From Coleofasciculus sp. B1-GNL1-01 (GTDB lineage Bacteria > Cyanobacteriota > Cyanobacteriia > Cyanobacteriales > Coleofasciculaceae), in the NCBI GenBank assembly GCA_040220235.1, contig JAVJTO010000030.1: a stretch of DNA of 64,000 nt. One strand, given 5' to 3'. The notes under the pieces are model-generated. The model was not told the origin of the DNA. It saw only the letters and a program-made list of their open reading frames with translations, and did not search any database. Made by a program: the position numbers and the translations under genes. Of this stretch, positions 31,114-41,107 are shown in pieces; position 1 is the stretch's first letter; every line of letters begins with the position of its first letter.

Positions 31114-32269
31114 GTAAGAGATAGTTGTACTCATATCTTGCGCCACTCCAGTTAAACCGCCTTGGGTTCAAACCCAAGGATCAACGCGAAAGTCAGCTAA
31201 ACTTGTCAAGTTTTGATAATTTAAACTATTCTTTTTCCCAGAACGGTTTAAATTTTCCAATAAGGTCACTGTCTTAACAAAACGTCATAATTGCTCGTTT
31301 TTTACCTCTCTCTGGGAAAAAGCTACGAATTTTCAGGGGTTGCGTCGATTGTGAGAGGATTGTACGATTTTCAGGTATACTATCTATGGTGGGTATTTTG
31401 TAGATAAAAATAATCTAGACCTAGCTAAACTCCTTGAAGCTTCGTAGAACTTTGTATAATTTCTGGTTTTTGTTCTTACTGCTAACCTGCCCTTGGACGC
31501 ATGTATTTTATTAAACTTACGATAAAAATTATTACCCAGTATTGACAAAAACACAGATTACACATATAGTTTAGCACTTTCCTAGACACTGAATAGTGAG
31601 AGACACAGATTGACATAGACAACTAAATAATTCCCCCACAAGTTAATCATTGTTTTATCCGGGGCTAATTATCTTTTCATCCTTAGCCCCCTGGAGAACT
31701 AACGCTTTGTCTGTGAAATCAGTGTTACTAACCTTTCATTCCCAACCCCTAACCTTACTCAGAGACATCAGTGTTCAAAATCAGGGCATAGTTCCGCCAT
31801 CTCCGGTGAGAACAAATGCCGCCCAGTAATAGGGGTGGGCGTATTCGACTCGTGTGTCTTTCTGTGCCTGCTGTAATGCCTCAGCTTTACTTTTTCCTTG
31901 CCGCAAATAGGTGTAAAATCGTTCCATGAGAAATCCTGTGGCAGGATCATCAACATTCCATAAGGTAGCGATAACGCTGGGTGTTCCGGCATAGAGGAAG
32001 GCTCGATTGAGTCCGATAAGTTCGTCTCCTTTGCTCAGTTGACCGACTTGGGTTTGACAGGCGCTGAGAACAACTAAGTTGGTGGCTTGTCTTAAATCGA
32101 GTTGGTAAATCTCATGGACTTCTAAGCGACCATCATAACTGTTATCAGGGGCAAGACGCAGAGTGCTGAATAAGGGACTATGGGGGTTATATTCACCATG
32201 AGTGGCTAAGTGTAAAATACCAGCTTGATTGGCTTGTGACCTTATGGCACGTTCTGTGGCTTGTCTGCC

Positions 32270-32684
32270 TAATAGGGGTTGAGTGACGTGTGACCTCCTC
32301 CTACACTAAATCTTGCGATTATAGTGTAGGCTTCCTTACCTCACGATAAGGCTTTCCTGGTTATTTCCCTTGCGGGTATTTCACCACTTACCTAGTCACA
32401 CCCAATTGCAAGAGATATGACCCCGGCAGACCGATTGCCCAGGCAGTTTCCATTCCGCACAGCCCATGCGTACTTGCTACCAATTGAACTGGAAGCTTTT
32501 ACACCTAAGTACTGCTTTCGTTTTTACCCAGCTACAGCGTCGAACATACCGCGCTCAACATTTTTAGCTGGAACCCCTTAACGGAAGATTGTCAAGGTTC
32601 AGACTAGTTTATGCCGTTTGCGCTGTTCACCACGCTACTTATGACGTGTCCGTTTGAGTCAAGGCAACCGTTAGTTATTCGGTA
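32270..32684 (-). ncRNA. predicted ~390-nt structured RNA (5' unknown domain plus omegaRNA-like 3' domain) followed by a flank-derived guide
   Basis: Promoter directly upstream; multiple stems with G-U pairs and GNRA loops on the minus strand. Confidence 0.6.
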
Positions 32685-32854
32685 GATTGATACTATCATT
32701 TCTGACAAAAACAAGCAAGAAAGCTTCGACTTTATTTGTTAATTTTAGGGATATTGAATCCCGTAAAATTAAATTGGGAGAGTCCATGTATCCCAACGCT
32801 GACAGCAAGAGTACAGCGTGGGTCTTATAGCTCCCCCTCTCCCCCCACAAGAAG
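32290..32854 (-). mobile_element. non-autonomous IS200/IS605-type (PATE-like) element with no internal protein gene
   Basis: Inserted 3' of TTTAT without TSD; left hairpin CCCACGCTG..CAGCGTTGGG; right end GAAGCCTACACTA..TAGTGTAGGAGGAGGTCAC; excision restores the CHAT frame. Confidence 0.9.
32690..32718 (-). promoter_or_regulatory. sigma70-type promoter inside the element
   Basis: TTGCTT-N17-TAGTAT with extended -10 TG. Confidence 0.6.
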
Positions 32855-33344
32855 ATAAATCGGAGATTTTCTCAACTTCTTGTTTGGCAAACGGTAAGTC
32901 TAGAGTTGGGTTTCCTAGCGCCATGAGTTCGCCAGAGTCGGGTTTGCGTTTGTCTTGAAGAAAGCGCAGCATACTGGCACTGGGCAGGTTAAATAGGGTA
33001 TAGTTGTCAACCAAATAGTCTTTACCGTCACTGAGAGCTGGGAAGGGAAGATAGTGAAGTACGTTATGGGGGACGAGAGAAACCTTTGAGGTAGAGATGT
33101 GGGGTTGTAAGGGCGCAATTAACCACTGATGCAGTTGGGTTAAACTCTGAGGATGTTGACTGCTGAGTGTGGCAAAGTCATACTCGTAAAATCTCTGAAT
33201 CGCCTCTTGCAGGGCTTGTTTACTGACATCCAAGGTTACGGGGGTGAGTGTATCGCGAGTGATGACAAAGGCTAAGGTGCGGTTGTCGGTGACGAAATAC
33301 TCAACTAAGGTTGTATCGGTGTCTAGTAAACGTTGATCATCGCC

Positions 33345-34658
33345 TTAGGCTACTCTTGGGGAAGGCTTCGCTAACTCACCCGACTTTAAGGATTCTGGTG
33401 ACAGTTCAGAACCTACAGGAATCGTCACAATAAATGTTGTTCCTTTGCCTACTTCACTGTCTACCGCAATTTCACCCTGATGGCGTTCTACGCATTTTTT
33501 GACAATCGCTAATCCTAATCCCGTTCCCGATATTGTCCCCACATTACTGCTGCGATAAAAGGCATCAAATAATTGAGCTTTCTCTTTTTCGGGAATCCCA
33601 ATTCCTTGGTCTTTAATCGTGAACTTGACCTGATCAGCATCAAAAAACAGGTCAAATTGTACCGTTCCTCCCTCTGGGGAATACTTAATCGCATTTGACA
33701 GTAAATTGGTTAAAAATTGTCGTAATAGTTTCTCATCAAGACCAACCCAGCGTGATCTACCTTGACAGCGAAACCCAATTTGATGGGGCGTTTTCACCGT
33801 CAGTTGTAATTCTTCCACTAATTCTTGGCAAAATGCCTCTAAATCCAGAGAGACAGGTTTAAATTCCAGTTTACCTGCTTCCGCTTTATTAATTAATAAT
33901 ACATCACTAATTAACTGGGTCATGTGGTGGATTGTATTTTGAATCCGTTGGAAATGCCGCTGCTTTTTATCCTCCTGCCATTTATGACCGTAATGTTGCA
34001 GTAATTCGCTGGATGAGAGAATCGTGGCTAAGGGGGTGCGATATTCATGGGAGACGACGGAGATAATATTGGATTTGAGTTCACTGAGTTCTTTTTCTTT
34101 AGTTAAACTCTGGCGCAGTTCAGCTTCTAAGTGCTGGCGCTGGGCAATTTCTTGTTGTAAGTCATGATTTTTTTGTCGCAATTCTTCCGTTTGTTTAGCC
34201 ACGCGACATTCGAGTTCCTCATTAAGCTGTTGGAGTTTCTCCTCACTCTGGCGCAGCCGTTTTAAGGTTTGCGATCGCTCAATGGCATGGCGAATGGAAC
34301 GAGTCAGTAATTCATGATCAATTTTGCCTTTAACTAGATAATCTTGCGCCCCTTGGCGTAATGCTTCTAAGGCAGTCACTTTATCATTTAATCCCGTGAG
34401 AACCACAATCGGTAAATCGGGGACAGTTTCATGGGTTTTTGCCACAGTTCCTAATCCTTGTTTGTCGGGAAGCGATAAATCTAATAACACGACATCAAAG
34501 TCGTTGTTTTGTACTGTTGATAACGCCGCTTTGAGTTGTTCAACGTGCGTCAGTGACCAAGGCATTTCGTCGGCGTCTTCCAGAATTTCTTGCAACAGAT
34601 CCGCATCAGCCGGGTTATCTTCGACTAGCAATATTTTTATGGGCGGGGATATAGACAT
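33345..34658 (-). CDS. hybrid receiver-histidine kinase
   Basis: REC (LLVEDN, LLDLSLPD), SHEYRTPL, NLLSNAIKY, GTGLGL; likely start MSISPP. Confidence 0.92.
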   Translation of the reverse strand: MSISPPIKILLVEDNPADADLLQEILEDADEMPWSLTHVEQLKAALSTVQNNDFDVVLLDLSLPDKQGLGTVAKTHETVPDLPIVVLTGLNDKVTALEALRQGAQDYLVKGKIDHELLTRSIRHAIERSQTLKRLRQSEEKLQQLNEELECRVAKQTEELRQKNHDLQQEIAQRQHLEAELRQSLTKEKELSELKSNIISVVSHEYRTPLATILSSSELLQHYGHKWQEDKKQRHFQRIQNTIHHMTQLISDVLLINKAEAGKLEFKPVSLDLEAFCQELVEELQLTVKTPHQIGFRCQGRSRWVGLDEKLLRQFLTNLLSNAIKYSPEGGTVQFDLFFDADQVKFTIKDQGIGIPEKEKAQLFDAFYRSSNVGTISGTGLGLAIVKKCVERHQGEIAVDSEVGKGTTFIVTIPVGSELSPESLKSGELAKPSPRVA

Positions 34659-34663
34659 TGTTG

Positions 34664-35116
34664 TTACTCCGAAGGTAGTTGAACCACAGCTAACCAAAAG
34701 GCTTCAATCAGTTTGACAACTGACATAAATTGTTCGACATCAATGGGTTTGGTGACATAACAGTTGCCATTCAATTCGTAGGTTTTCAGGATATCTCTCT
34801 CAGCGGCTGATGTAGTCAGAATAATCACCGGAATCCGCTTGAGTTGGGAATCCGCTTTAATTTCTGCTAAAACCTCGCGTCCATCTTTTTTGGGCATATT
34901 CAGGTCAAGCAAGATTAAATCTGGGCGGGGAACATCGCTATATTGACCTTGGCGTCGTAAAAAAGTTAGGGCTTCCACACCATCTTCAACCCAGTGTAAA
35001 TTGTTGAGAACTCTGGCTTCACTAAAAGCGTCAACGGTGAGATCAGCATCGCTGGGAGAGTCTTCAACCAGGAGAATTTCTATCGGTCGAATTGTCTTCA
35101 TAAACGTTAGGGTCAT
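34664..35116 (-). CDS. single-domain response regulator (Rcp1-like)
   Basis: ILLVEDS, LLDLNMPKKDGREVL, LTTS, YVTKP; start uncertain (35116 or 35101). Confidence 0.92.
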   Translation of the reverse strand: MTLTFMKTIRPIEILLVEDSPSDADLTVDAFSEARVLNNLHWVEDGVEALTFLRRQGQYSDVPRPDLILLDLNMPKKDGREVLAEIKADSQLKRIPVIILTTSAAERDILKTYELNGNCYVTKPIDVEQFMSVVKLIEAFWLAVVQLPSE

Positions 35117-35152
35117 GATGAATGATGAATTTAATAGTGGTAGATTGGACAA

Positions 35153-38131
35153 TTAAACTGGAATCGTGAAATAAAACTTTGTGCCAATCCCTAACTCAGA
35201 ATCGACCCAAATTCGTCCTCCATGACGTTCGACAATTTTCTTACAGATAGCCAAACCAATTCCGGTTCCAGGATAGTCGCGGCGAGAATGTAAACGCTGA
35301 AATATGGTAAAAATGCGCTCTAAATATTCCGATTCCATACCAATCCCATTATCCTGAACCACAAACGTCCATTCATTTCCCTGATTTTGGGCAGAAATAT
35401 GGACATTTGGTGGGGTTTCACGGCGAAATTTAATCGCGTTACCGATGAGGTTTTGGAAGAGTTGAGTTAATTGAGTTGGATCAGCAATGACAGTGGGTAA
35501 GGCGTCATAAGTAACCATTGCTTGAGTTTCTGCGATCGCGACGTTTAAATTCTCCATTGCTTGTCGGATAATGGTCTCACTATCCGTGGGTTGTAGGGGT
35601 TTTCCTCGTGTTCCTACCCGTGAAAATTCCAGCAGATCATTAATTAATTGCTGCATCCGTGTCGCCCCGTCCATAATGTAATGGAGGTATTTATCCGCTT
35701 TGGCATCGAGTTGGTTTTGATACTTGCGGCTGAGAAGTTGGGCGTAACTATTGACGGCGCGTAAGGGTTCTTGTAAATCGTGAGAGGCGACATAAGCAAA
35801 CTGTTCTAAGTCGCGATTGGATTGCCATAATTCTTGATTGAGTTCTTTGAGTTTTTCTTTGGCTTGCTTGCGTTCCGTGACGACTTCGGTGTTCATAATA
35901 ATGCCGCTAATGTCGCCACTATTGCCAATCCAAGGACGGATTTCCCAGGAAATCCATTGCGTTTCACCATTAGCGCGGATAAATAAGTCTTCCTCACATT
36001 GTTCACTTGCCCCTTGGAGACAGCGGTGATGGATTTGTTTCCAAGTATCGGGGATTTCGGGAAAGAGTTCGTAGTGATTTTTGCCGATAATCTCTTGATT
36101 TTCTAAGGTGTAATCCTCTAACCAACGGCGACTGACTAACTGATAATTCATCTGCTTATCAAACATCGCGATCGCGGCGGGGGTATATTCTAGAAGTAGC
36201 CGCAGCATTTCGGCATTATGGCGCAAGGCTGTTTCAGTTTGTTTGGCTTCCGTAATATCTTGTACCAGGGACAAAATAGAAACCATATTACCCGATTCAT
36301 CTAAAAGGGCAGATTCGTACCATTGACAAATCACGACTCTCCCATCTTTGGTCAGATTGCGATTTTGGTAGACAACACTGGAGGTACTCCCATCCAGTAA
36401 CCCACTCATTTCTTGGCGGACAATTTCAATATCGTCAGGATAAATAAACTGCCAATCACCTGAACGCTTTCCGAATACCTCCGACGTCGTCCAACCAAAG
36501 ATTTTTTCCGCTTGTTTTGACCAACGCTGCACCCGGAACTGGTTATCCCATTCCACGACAGCTAAGGGAGAATTCTCGACATGGAATCCCAAGCGTTGAT
36601 GGGCGTCTTGTAAGGCTTTGGTTTGTTGCTTGAGGATAAGTTCGGCGTGTTTCTTTTCAGTAATATCCGTCCAAAAGCCGACCATTTCTAAAGGGTTTCC
36701 GGCTTCGTCACAAATCAGTTTCAGTTCATCATGCATCCAGCGGTAAGTGCCATGCTGATGTAAGAAGCGGTATTCATGAACATGATGTCCCGTGTCAAAA
36801 ATTTTGGGCAAATTGGCACAAACGCGGGGGACATCTTCGGGGTGAATATGGTTGACCCAAAACGGCGGGTTTGTGATAAAGTTTTGGGCAGAGTATCCCA
36901 CCACCGTTGCTGTATTATCACTCATAAACGTGATGTCATAGTTTCCGGAAACCTGGCGACTATAGAGTACCGCCGGACTATGAGATAGGAGATAACGCAA
37001 GCGTTCTTGAGTCAGCCGCAATGTAGACAGGGTACGTTTGCGATCGCTAATATCCCGATTTGACCCAACAATCCGATAAGGCTTACCATTAGCATCGCGT
37101 AAACTCGCGCCACGGGACAAAATCCAGCGGTAATTCCCCTCTTTATCCAGGAGACGATGTTCTAGTTCTAAGCTGGGGGTTAATCCGTCAATATAGTCTT
37201 GAAATGTCGCCAATACCCGTTCCCGATCGCCTGGATGAATCCGATTCAACCACTCAGTAAAGCGATCGGAAATTTCATCGACGTGATACCCTAAAGTTTG
37301 ACTCCAACGGGGAGAATAGTAAACCTGATCGGTTAGCAAATTCCAATCCCAAAGTCCATCATTGGATCGTTCTGCTACCAGTTCATACCGTTCTTGAGTT
37401 TCTTGAAGAATGGCTTGAGTCTGCTTCTGTTCAGTAATATCGCATCCCACCGCATAAATTAACCCTTTAGCCGGAAATGAGGCGCTATTCCAAGCTAACC
37501 AACGATAGGAACCATCTTGACAGCGATAGCGATTCTCAAATTGAATGGATGTTGTACCCGTCGCCAGTTTTTCTATTTCAGTTAAGGTGGCGACGCGATC
37601 ATCGGGATGAACCAATTCTAGAAAGGGTTGAGTTAAAAGTTCCGCTAGGGGATAGCCGAGAATCCTTTCAAAGGCGGGATTCACTCGTTTGAAATACCCA
37701 TCGCTTCCCGCAATCGCCATGAGATTAATGGACATATTGAAAAAGCGATCCAATTCACAGTCTCCGGGGAGTGAATCAGTAATTTCTCTGGCGACAGCAT
37801 ACCCATATCCCGCCTCATCAGAGTTCCATGTCCACTCTAGCCAGTGGTAGTTCCCTTGGTCGTGGCGATAACGGTTCCGAAAAGAAACAGGAACCTCTTG
37901 CTTGGCTAAAGCCGTCAGCGTGGCGGTAACATCCTCTGGATGGACAAGTTCAATCCAATGGCGCGATCGCACTTTTTCCGGTGTCCACCCCAAAACCTTG
38001 CACCAAGCGGGGTTGAGTTGTCCAATCCTGCCATCAGGTTCAATAATACAGAAGAGATCGGCTGAGTAATGGAAAAAAGCTTGCCATTGAGGGTCAGATT
38101 GAATTAATCTATGCTGCACGGGATTGCCCAT
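35153..38131 (-). CDS. multi-PAS sensor histidine kinase (Cph1-type kinase core)
   Basis: About six PAS/PAC units, FAYVASHDLQEPLR, NLIGNAIKF, GTGIGLAIC. Confidence 0.93.
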   Translation of the reverse strand: MGNPVQHRLIQSDPQWQAFFHYSADLFCIIEPDGRIGQLNPAWCKVLGWTPEKVRSRHWIELVHPEDVTATLTALAKQEVPVSFRNRYRHDQGNYHWLEWTWNSDEAGYGYAVAREITDSLPGDCELDRFFNMSINLMAIAGSDGYFKRVNPAFERILGYPLAELLTQPFLELVHPDDRVATLTEIEKLATGTTSIQFENRYRCQDGSYRWLAWNSASFPAKGLIYAVGCDITEQKQTQAILQETQERYELVAERSNDGLWDWNLLTDQVYYSPRWSQTLGYHVDEISDRFTEWLNRIHPGDRERVLATFQDYIDGLTPSLELEHRLLDKEGNYRWILSRGASLRDANGKPYRIVGSNRDISDRKRTLSTLRLTQERLRYLLSHSPAVLYSRQVSGNYDITFMSDNTATVVGYSAQNFITNPPFWVNHIHPEDVPRVCANLPKIFDTGHHVHEYRFLHQHGTYRWMHDELKLICDEAGNPLEMVGFWTDITEKKHAELILKQQTKALQDAHQRLGFHVENSPLAVVEWDNQFRVQRWSKQAEKIFGWTTSEVFGKRSGDWQFIYPDDIEIVRQEMSGLLDGSTSSVVYQNRNLTKDGRVVICQWYESALLDESGNMVSILSLVQDITEAKQTETALRHNAEMLRLLLEYTPAAIAMFDKQMNYQLVSRRWLEDYTLENQEIIGKNHYELFPEIPDTWKQIHHRCLQGASEQCEEDLFIRANGETQWISWEIRPWIGNSGDISGIIMNTEVVTERKQAKEKLKELNQELWQSNRDLEQFAYVASHDLQEPLRAVNSYAQLLSRKYQNQLDAKADKYLHYIMDGATRMQQLINDLLEFSRVGTRGKPLQPTDSETIIRQAMENLNVAIAETQAMVTYDALPTVIADPTQLTQLFQNLIGNAIKFRRETPPNVHISAQNQGNEWTFVVQDNGIGMESEYLERIFTIFQRLHSRRDYPGTGIGLAICKKIVERHGGRIWVDSELGIGTKFYFTIPV

Positions 38132-38784
38132 GAGAAGTCTTATCCTAGAAGCGGTTATACAGGGATGGTTTCCTTAATTTTCACCACTTTTAGACAAACT
38201 GTTGACCGAGAAAGTACCCAATTCCTTGAGGATGGCGTAGAGTCCTTCGGTGAAATCACGGATACTGGTTCGTAGTTCGTAGTTCGTAGTAGGGGCTTTA
38301 GCCCCTAATTGTATTAGTTTCTGGGCGTAATTCTAATCTGTTAAATTAGATAGACCGTAGGATGAGCATTGCCCACCAGCCAAAATTTCAGTACCATTCT
38401 ACCTAATGGAATTATACAGCTAAATTAGTGGAATAGATTTTAGAATTAAATCGGGCGCACGTCGGTCATCCGTGTCAACTTAGAGTGAAAAGCTTTCTGT
38501 GTGAAATTTGAATATCGTTACCTTGAAAATAACCCCCCTTAATCCCCCCTTGCTAAGGGGGGAAACGTTCCCTCCCGGTTCCCTCCCCTTTAAAAGGGGA
38601 GGGTTAGGGTGGGGTCAGATCACGTTAGGCAACCTATTTGCCTGGTTATTAGAATAGGACGATTTATTAAACTGAAGTTCCCCCCAGCACAAAATAACGG
38701 AACGACTGGGTAAGTATTTGAACCCGTTTTAACGGGTTTAAGCTTTTAGCCAGAACTTTAGTTCAGGGCTTAATTATTGCCGCT

Positions 38785-39021
38785 TCATGTCACCTCCTGA
38801 ATCAGCTTTTCCAAATAAGTTTGAGCTTCATCAGGCGACATCAGTAACGCCTCACCCTGACGCAGAATTTCATATTTACCCTTATGATAACCATGACCTG
38901 CAATTAGCCCCAATTGAACCGCTTGATTCCCCAATTGAGTCAAATTGTTAATACTAATTGAATCCAACTCTTGATTAAGCTTTTGTCTGATAAAATCTTC
39001 GTTCATCGTCTTCTCCGGCAT
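38785..39021 (-). CDS. small hypothetical protein
   Basis: 78-aa ORF downstream of DUF4255 gene, protein-like composition. Confidence 0.6.
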   Translation of the reverse strand: MPEKTMNEDFIRQKLNQELDSISINNLTQLGNQAVQLGLIAGHGYHKGKYEILRQGEALLMSPDEAQTYLEKLIQEVT

Positions 39022-39078
39022 AAAGGATAACCAACTAGCACAAATTTAGAATGTCTAAAGCAATGAACAATCAACCAT

Positions 39079-40422
39079 TCAAATCGATATTCTCGGACCC
39101 ACATACTGATTAAATGTCGAACTATCCGGTTCAGTATCCACAATCAGCGGACTTTCTGCACCATCAACCAACAAACGAACTAAATAGCGTCCTCCTTTCA
39201 TCCGTTCCACGGGGAAAGAAACCCAAATTACATCTGTCTGGCGAGGAGACGCTTCAAACAAATAAGCCGCTGGTTGATTCGTATCAATTTCATTCAGGGC
39301 TAACAAAACGCGCTGCTTTTTACCTACGGTTAAATTGGAACGTACCCGTATTTCCGCAGACCGCAAATCTTCATCATCAACTTCTTTTTTGGATACCGTG
39401 GTTTTGGTAATCGTGGGACGAATCACCAACGGAGATACATTCGACTGAATACTAGAAACAAAGGTTTGCGGCTGATTAACCGTTTGCATCTGACCCCCAT
39501 TCCCACTTGTCTGACTCGCCCCATTACCATTATTCGATGTAGGTGGCATCACTTTGGCAAGACGATGCACCACTTGCAGACTATGCATTCCCGCCTGTAA
39601 CGAATCAGTGGGTATAGAGGACAGGGGTAATACAATTTGGGTATCGGTAATTTCACTGGGGGTGACTTCCATTTCCCCAATCCAAACTTGGGTGATATCG
39701 CTTTTTAAATGGTTTCCTTGAATTAAGACAGTACTGTCAGCTAATATGGGTTCCAATCGTCCAGCTTGAGAAATGATCCGCTCAATCTTCGGCTGATTAG
39801 TAAAGGGAACGATTCCATCTAAGGAACGAGCGCGTACTGGCAAAGGTCTACTGCCAGCTTCTTGCCCTTCCAGCATAATCACCCTAGCCCGATACGCCAC
39901 CGATAACAAGTAAGTGGTTTGAAAAAAAGCTGACCAGGCTTTGGATAAATCTTCTAGGGACAAATCGAGGGGCCACAGGGAGATTTCTTGGATCTGATCC
40001 GGTAAGTCAGACTCTAATAAATAAGAATAAGTAGAATCATGGAGAGTCCGCTCAATCCTCTCTTTTTTCAGAGTACGCCAGTCGTTAAGTCCACCCATTA
40101 CACTACCCATCAATCGTTGCGGTTGTAAGTCGTTGTCATTGCCGTAGAAACTAATCATGTAATGTAAGTCTAGGGCAGTTTGCGATCGCTTAGCACCTGG
40201 GTTTCTCCGACTGCGGGCTTGTACTTCAGCCTGTTGACGCCACGCATGGTTAATCTGAACCTGGTAGAGAAAGACATTCACACCCACTTGGGGAGTCGCT
40301 GTTCCCACTTCATTGGGTCGTAATGTGGTCACCGTCGCCCCACTAATATCGTTCTGAATCGACGTCTGTACGATTCGTTGTAGAGTGGCGGTTACGGTAG
40401 CAATGGCTAAAGAATTACTCAT
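39079..40422 (-). CDS. DUF4255/Pvc16-family protein (contractile injection system associated) with IPT/TIG-like C-terminus
   Basis: MSNSLAIATVTATL, VNVFLYQV, LDLHYMISFYG, LSLEDLSKAWSAF, LSVAY. Confidence 0.8.
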   Translation of the reverse strand: MSNSLAIATVTATLQRIVQTSIQNDISGATVTTLRPNEVGTATPQVGVNVFLYQVQINHAWRQQAEVQARSRRNPGAKRSQTALDLHYMISFYGNDNDLQPQRLMGSVMGGLNDWRTLKKERIERTLHDSTYSYLLESDLPDQIQEISLWPLDLSLEDLSKAWSAFFQTTYLLSVAYRARVIMLEGQEAGSRPLPVRARSLDGIVPFTNQPKIERIISQAGRLEPILADSTVLIQGNHLKSDITQVWIGEMEVTPSEITDTQIVLPLSSIPTDSLQAGMHSLQVVHRLAKVMPPTSNNGNGASQTSGNGGQMQTVNQPQTFVSSIQSNVSPLVIRPTITKTTVSKKEVDDEDLRSAEIRVRSNLTVGKKQRVLLALNEIDTNQPAAYLFEASPRQTDVIWVSFPVERMKGGRYLVRLLVDGAESPLIVDTEPDSSTFNQYVGPRISI

Positions 40423-41085
40423 GATGACTCAGAGGTTTCCACGGTTGACGATTGACAGTTGGCATCTAATCTGCTAATACACGCTTGAAACAATTGACCT
40501 GATCCACAGGGACAGGGGCGAGTGCTAACACCTTGAGCAAATAGGGGATTAAATGAAGATAGATCATCAAAATAATCGGCTGGTGGTTCAGTATAGCCCT
40601 ACGGGGATACGTTAGGACATTCCCCTGTTGCCTATTGCCTGTTGCCTGTTGCCTTTTCACCCAATTGTATTGTCCTAACCTTAATGCGTAGTGCTATATC
40701 TACAAGCACTTTAGCTTGGTCTAACTGAGGGATACACTCGATCAACTGTGACCCTATTTTTACCTGAACAGCGGTTTCTGACAAGGGGAAGACAAATTGA
40801 TGGTCATTTTGCAACCCTTGGATGCGTTCCAGGGTTTCCGACAACTGAAGCGGCGGACTATTTGTCACTAATACAACGGTGTTACCTACATTTAAGGGAC
40901 AGAGATAAACCGGGGCAAATGCGGCTTGAATGGTTTTTACTTGGTCAGCATAAAATCGTTCTTGTTGAAACAGATTCACCGCCAAAACCCCATTCTCAGA
41001 CAGGTGAGTTTGGCAGAGTTGATACAAGTCTTGAGTGGCTAACCAATAGGGTGTGTAACCGTTGCCGATAATAGCGTCGGTGAAA
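40419..41085 (-). pseudogene. 5'-truncated spermidine-synthase-like methyltransferase with C-terminal SEC-C motif, interrupted by a MITE
   Basis: FTDAIIGNGYTPYWLATQDLYQLCQTHLSENGVLAVNL; after MITE removal reads VDTEPP...RPCPCGSGQLFQAC. Confidence 0.7.
40592..40698. mobile_element. MITE with TA target duplication
   Basis: TATAGCCCTACG / CGTAGTGCTATA ends; removal restores the host frame. Confidence 0.8.
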
Positions 41086-41107
41086 TTGAAATAAATGTTT
41101 TTTTGAG

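Larger units (their letters stand above)
31781..33340 (-). pseudogene. CHAT-domain (caspase-like) protein gene, 5'-truncated and interrupted by an element at 32290-32854
   Basis: Upstream part LVEYFV...VPHNVLHYLPF...LALGNP...EVEKISDL; downstream part LHLATHG...VVLSACQT...SVIATLWNVDD...HPYYWAAFVLTGD, stop at 31781. Confidence 0.9.

Noticed and set aside
31203..31230. Tn7-like end (TGT start)
   Set aside because: No repeated TnsB-type sites or partner end identified
32290..32854. IStron (group I intron-IS fusion)
   Set aside because: Element ends in C, not the terminal G required for group I splicing, and I could not identify P7 core motifs; not formally excluded without a covariance search
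32769..33233. 154-aa ORF as an intact gene
   Set aside because: CHAT fragment reading into the inserted element
35153..38131. Phytochrome (cph1-rcp1 operon)
   Set aside because: Kinase core is similar but no GAF/PHY chromophore domains are present
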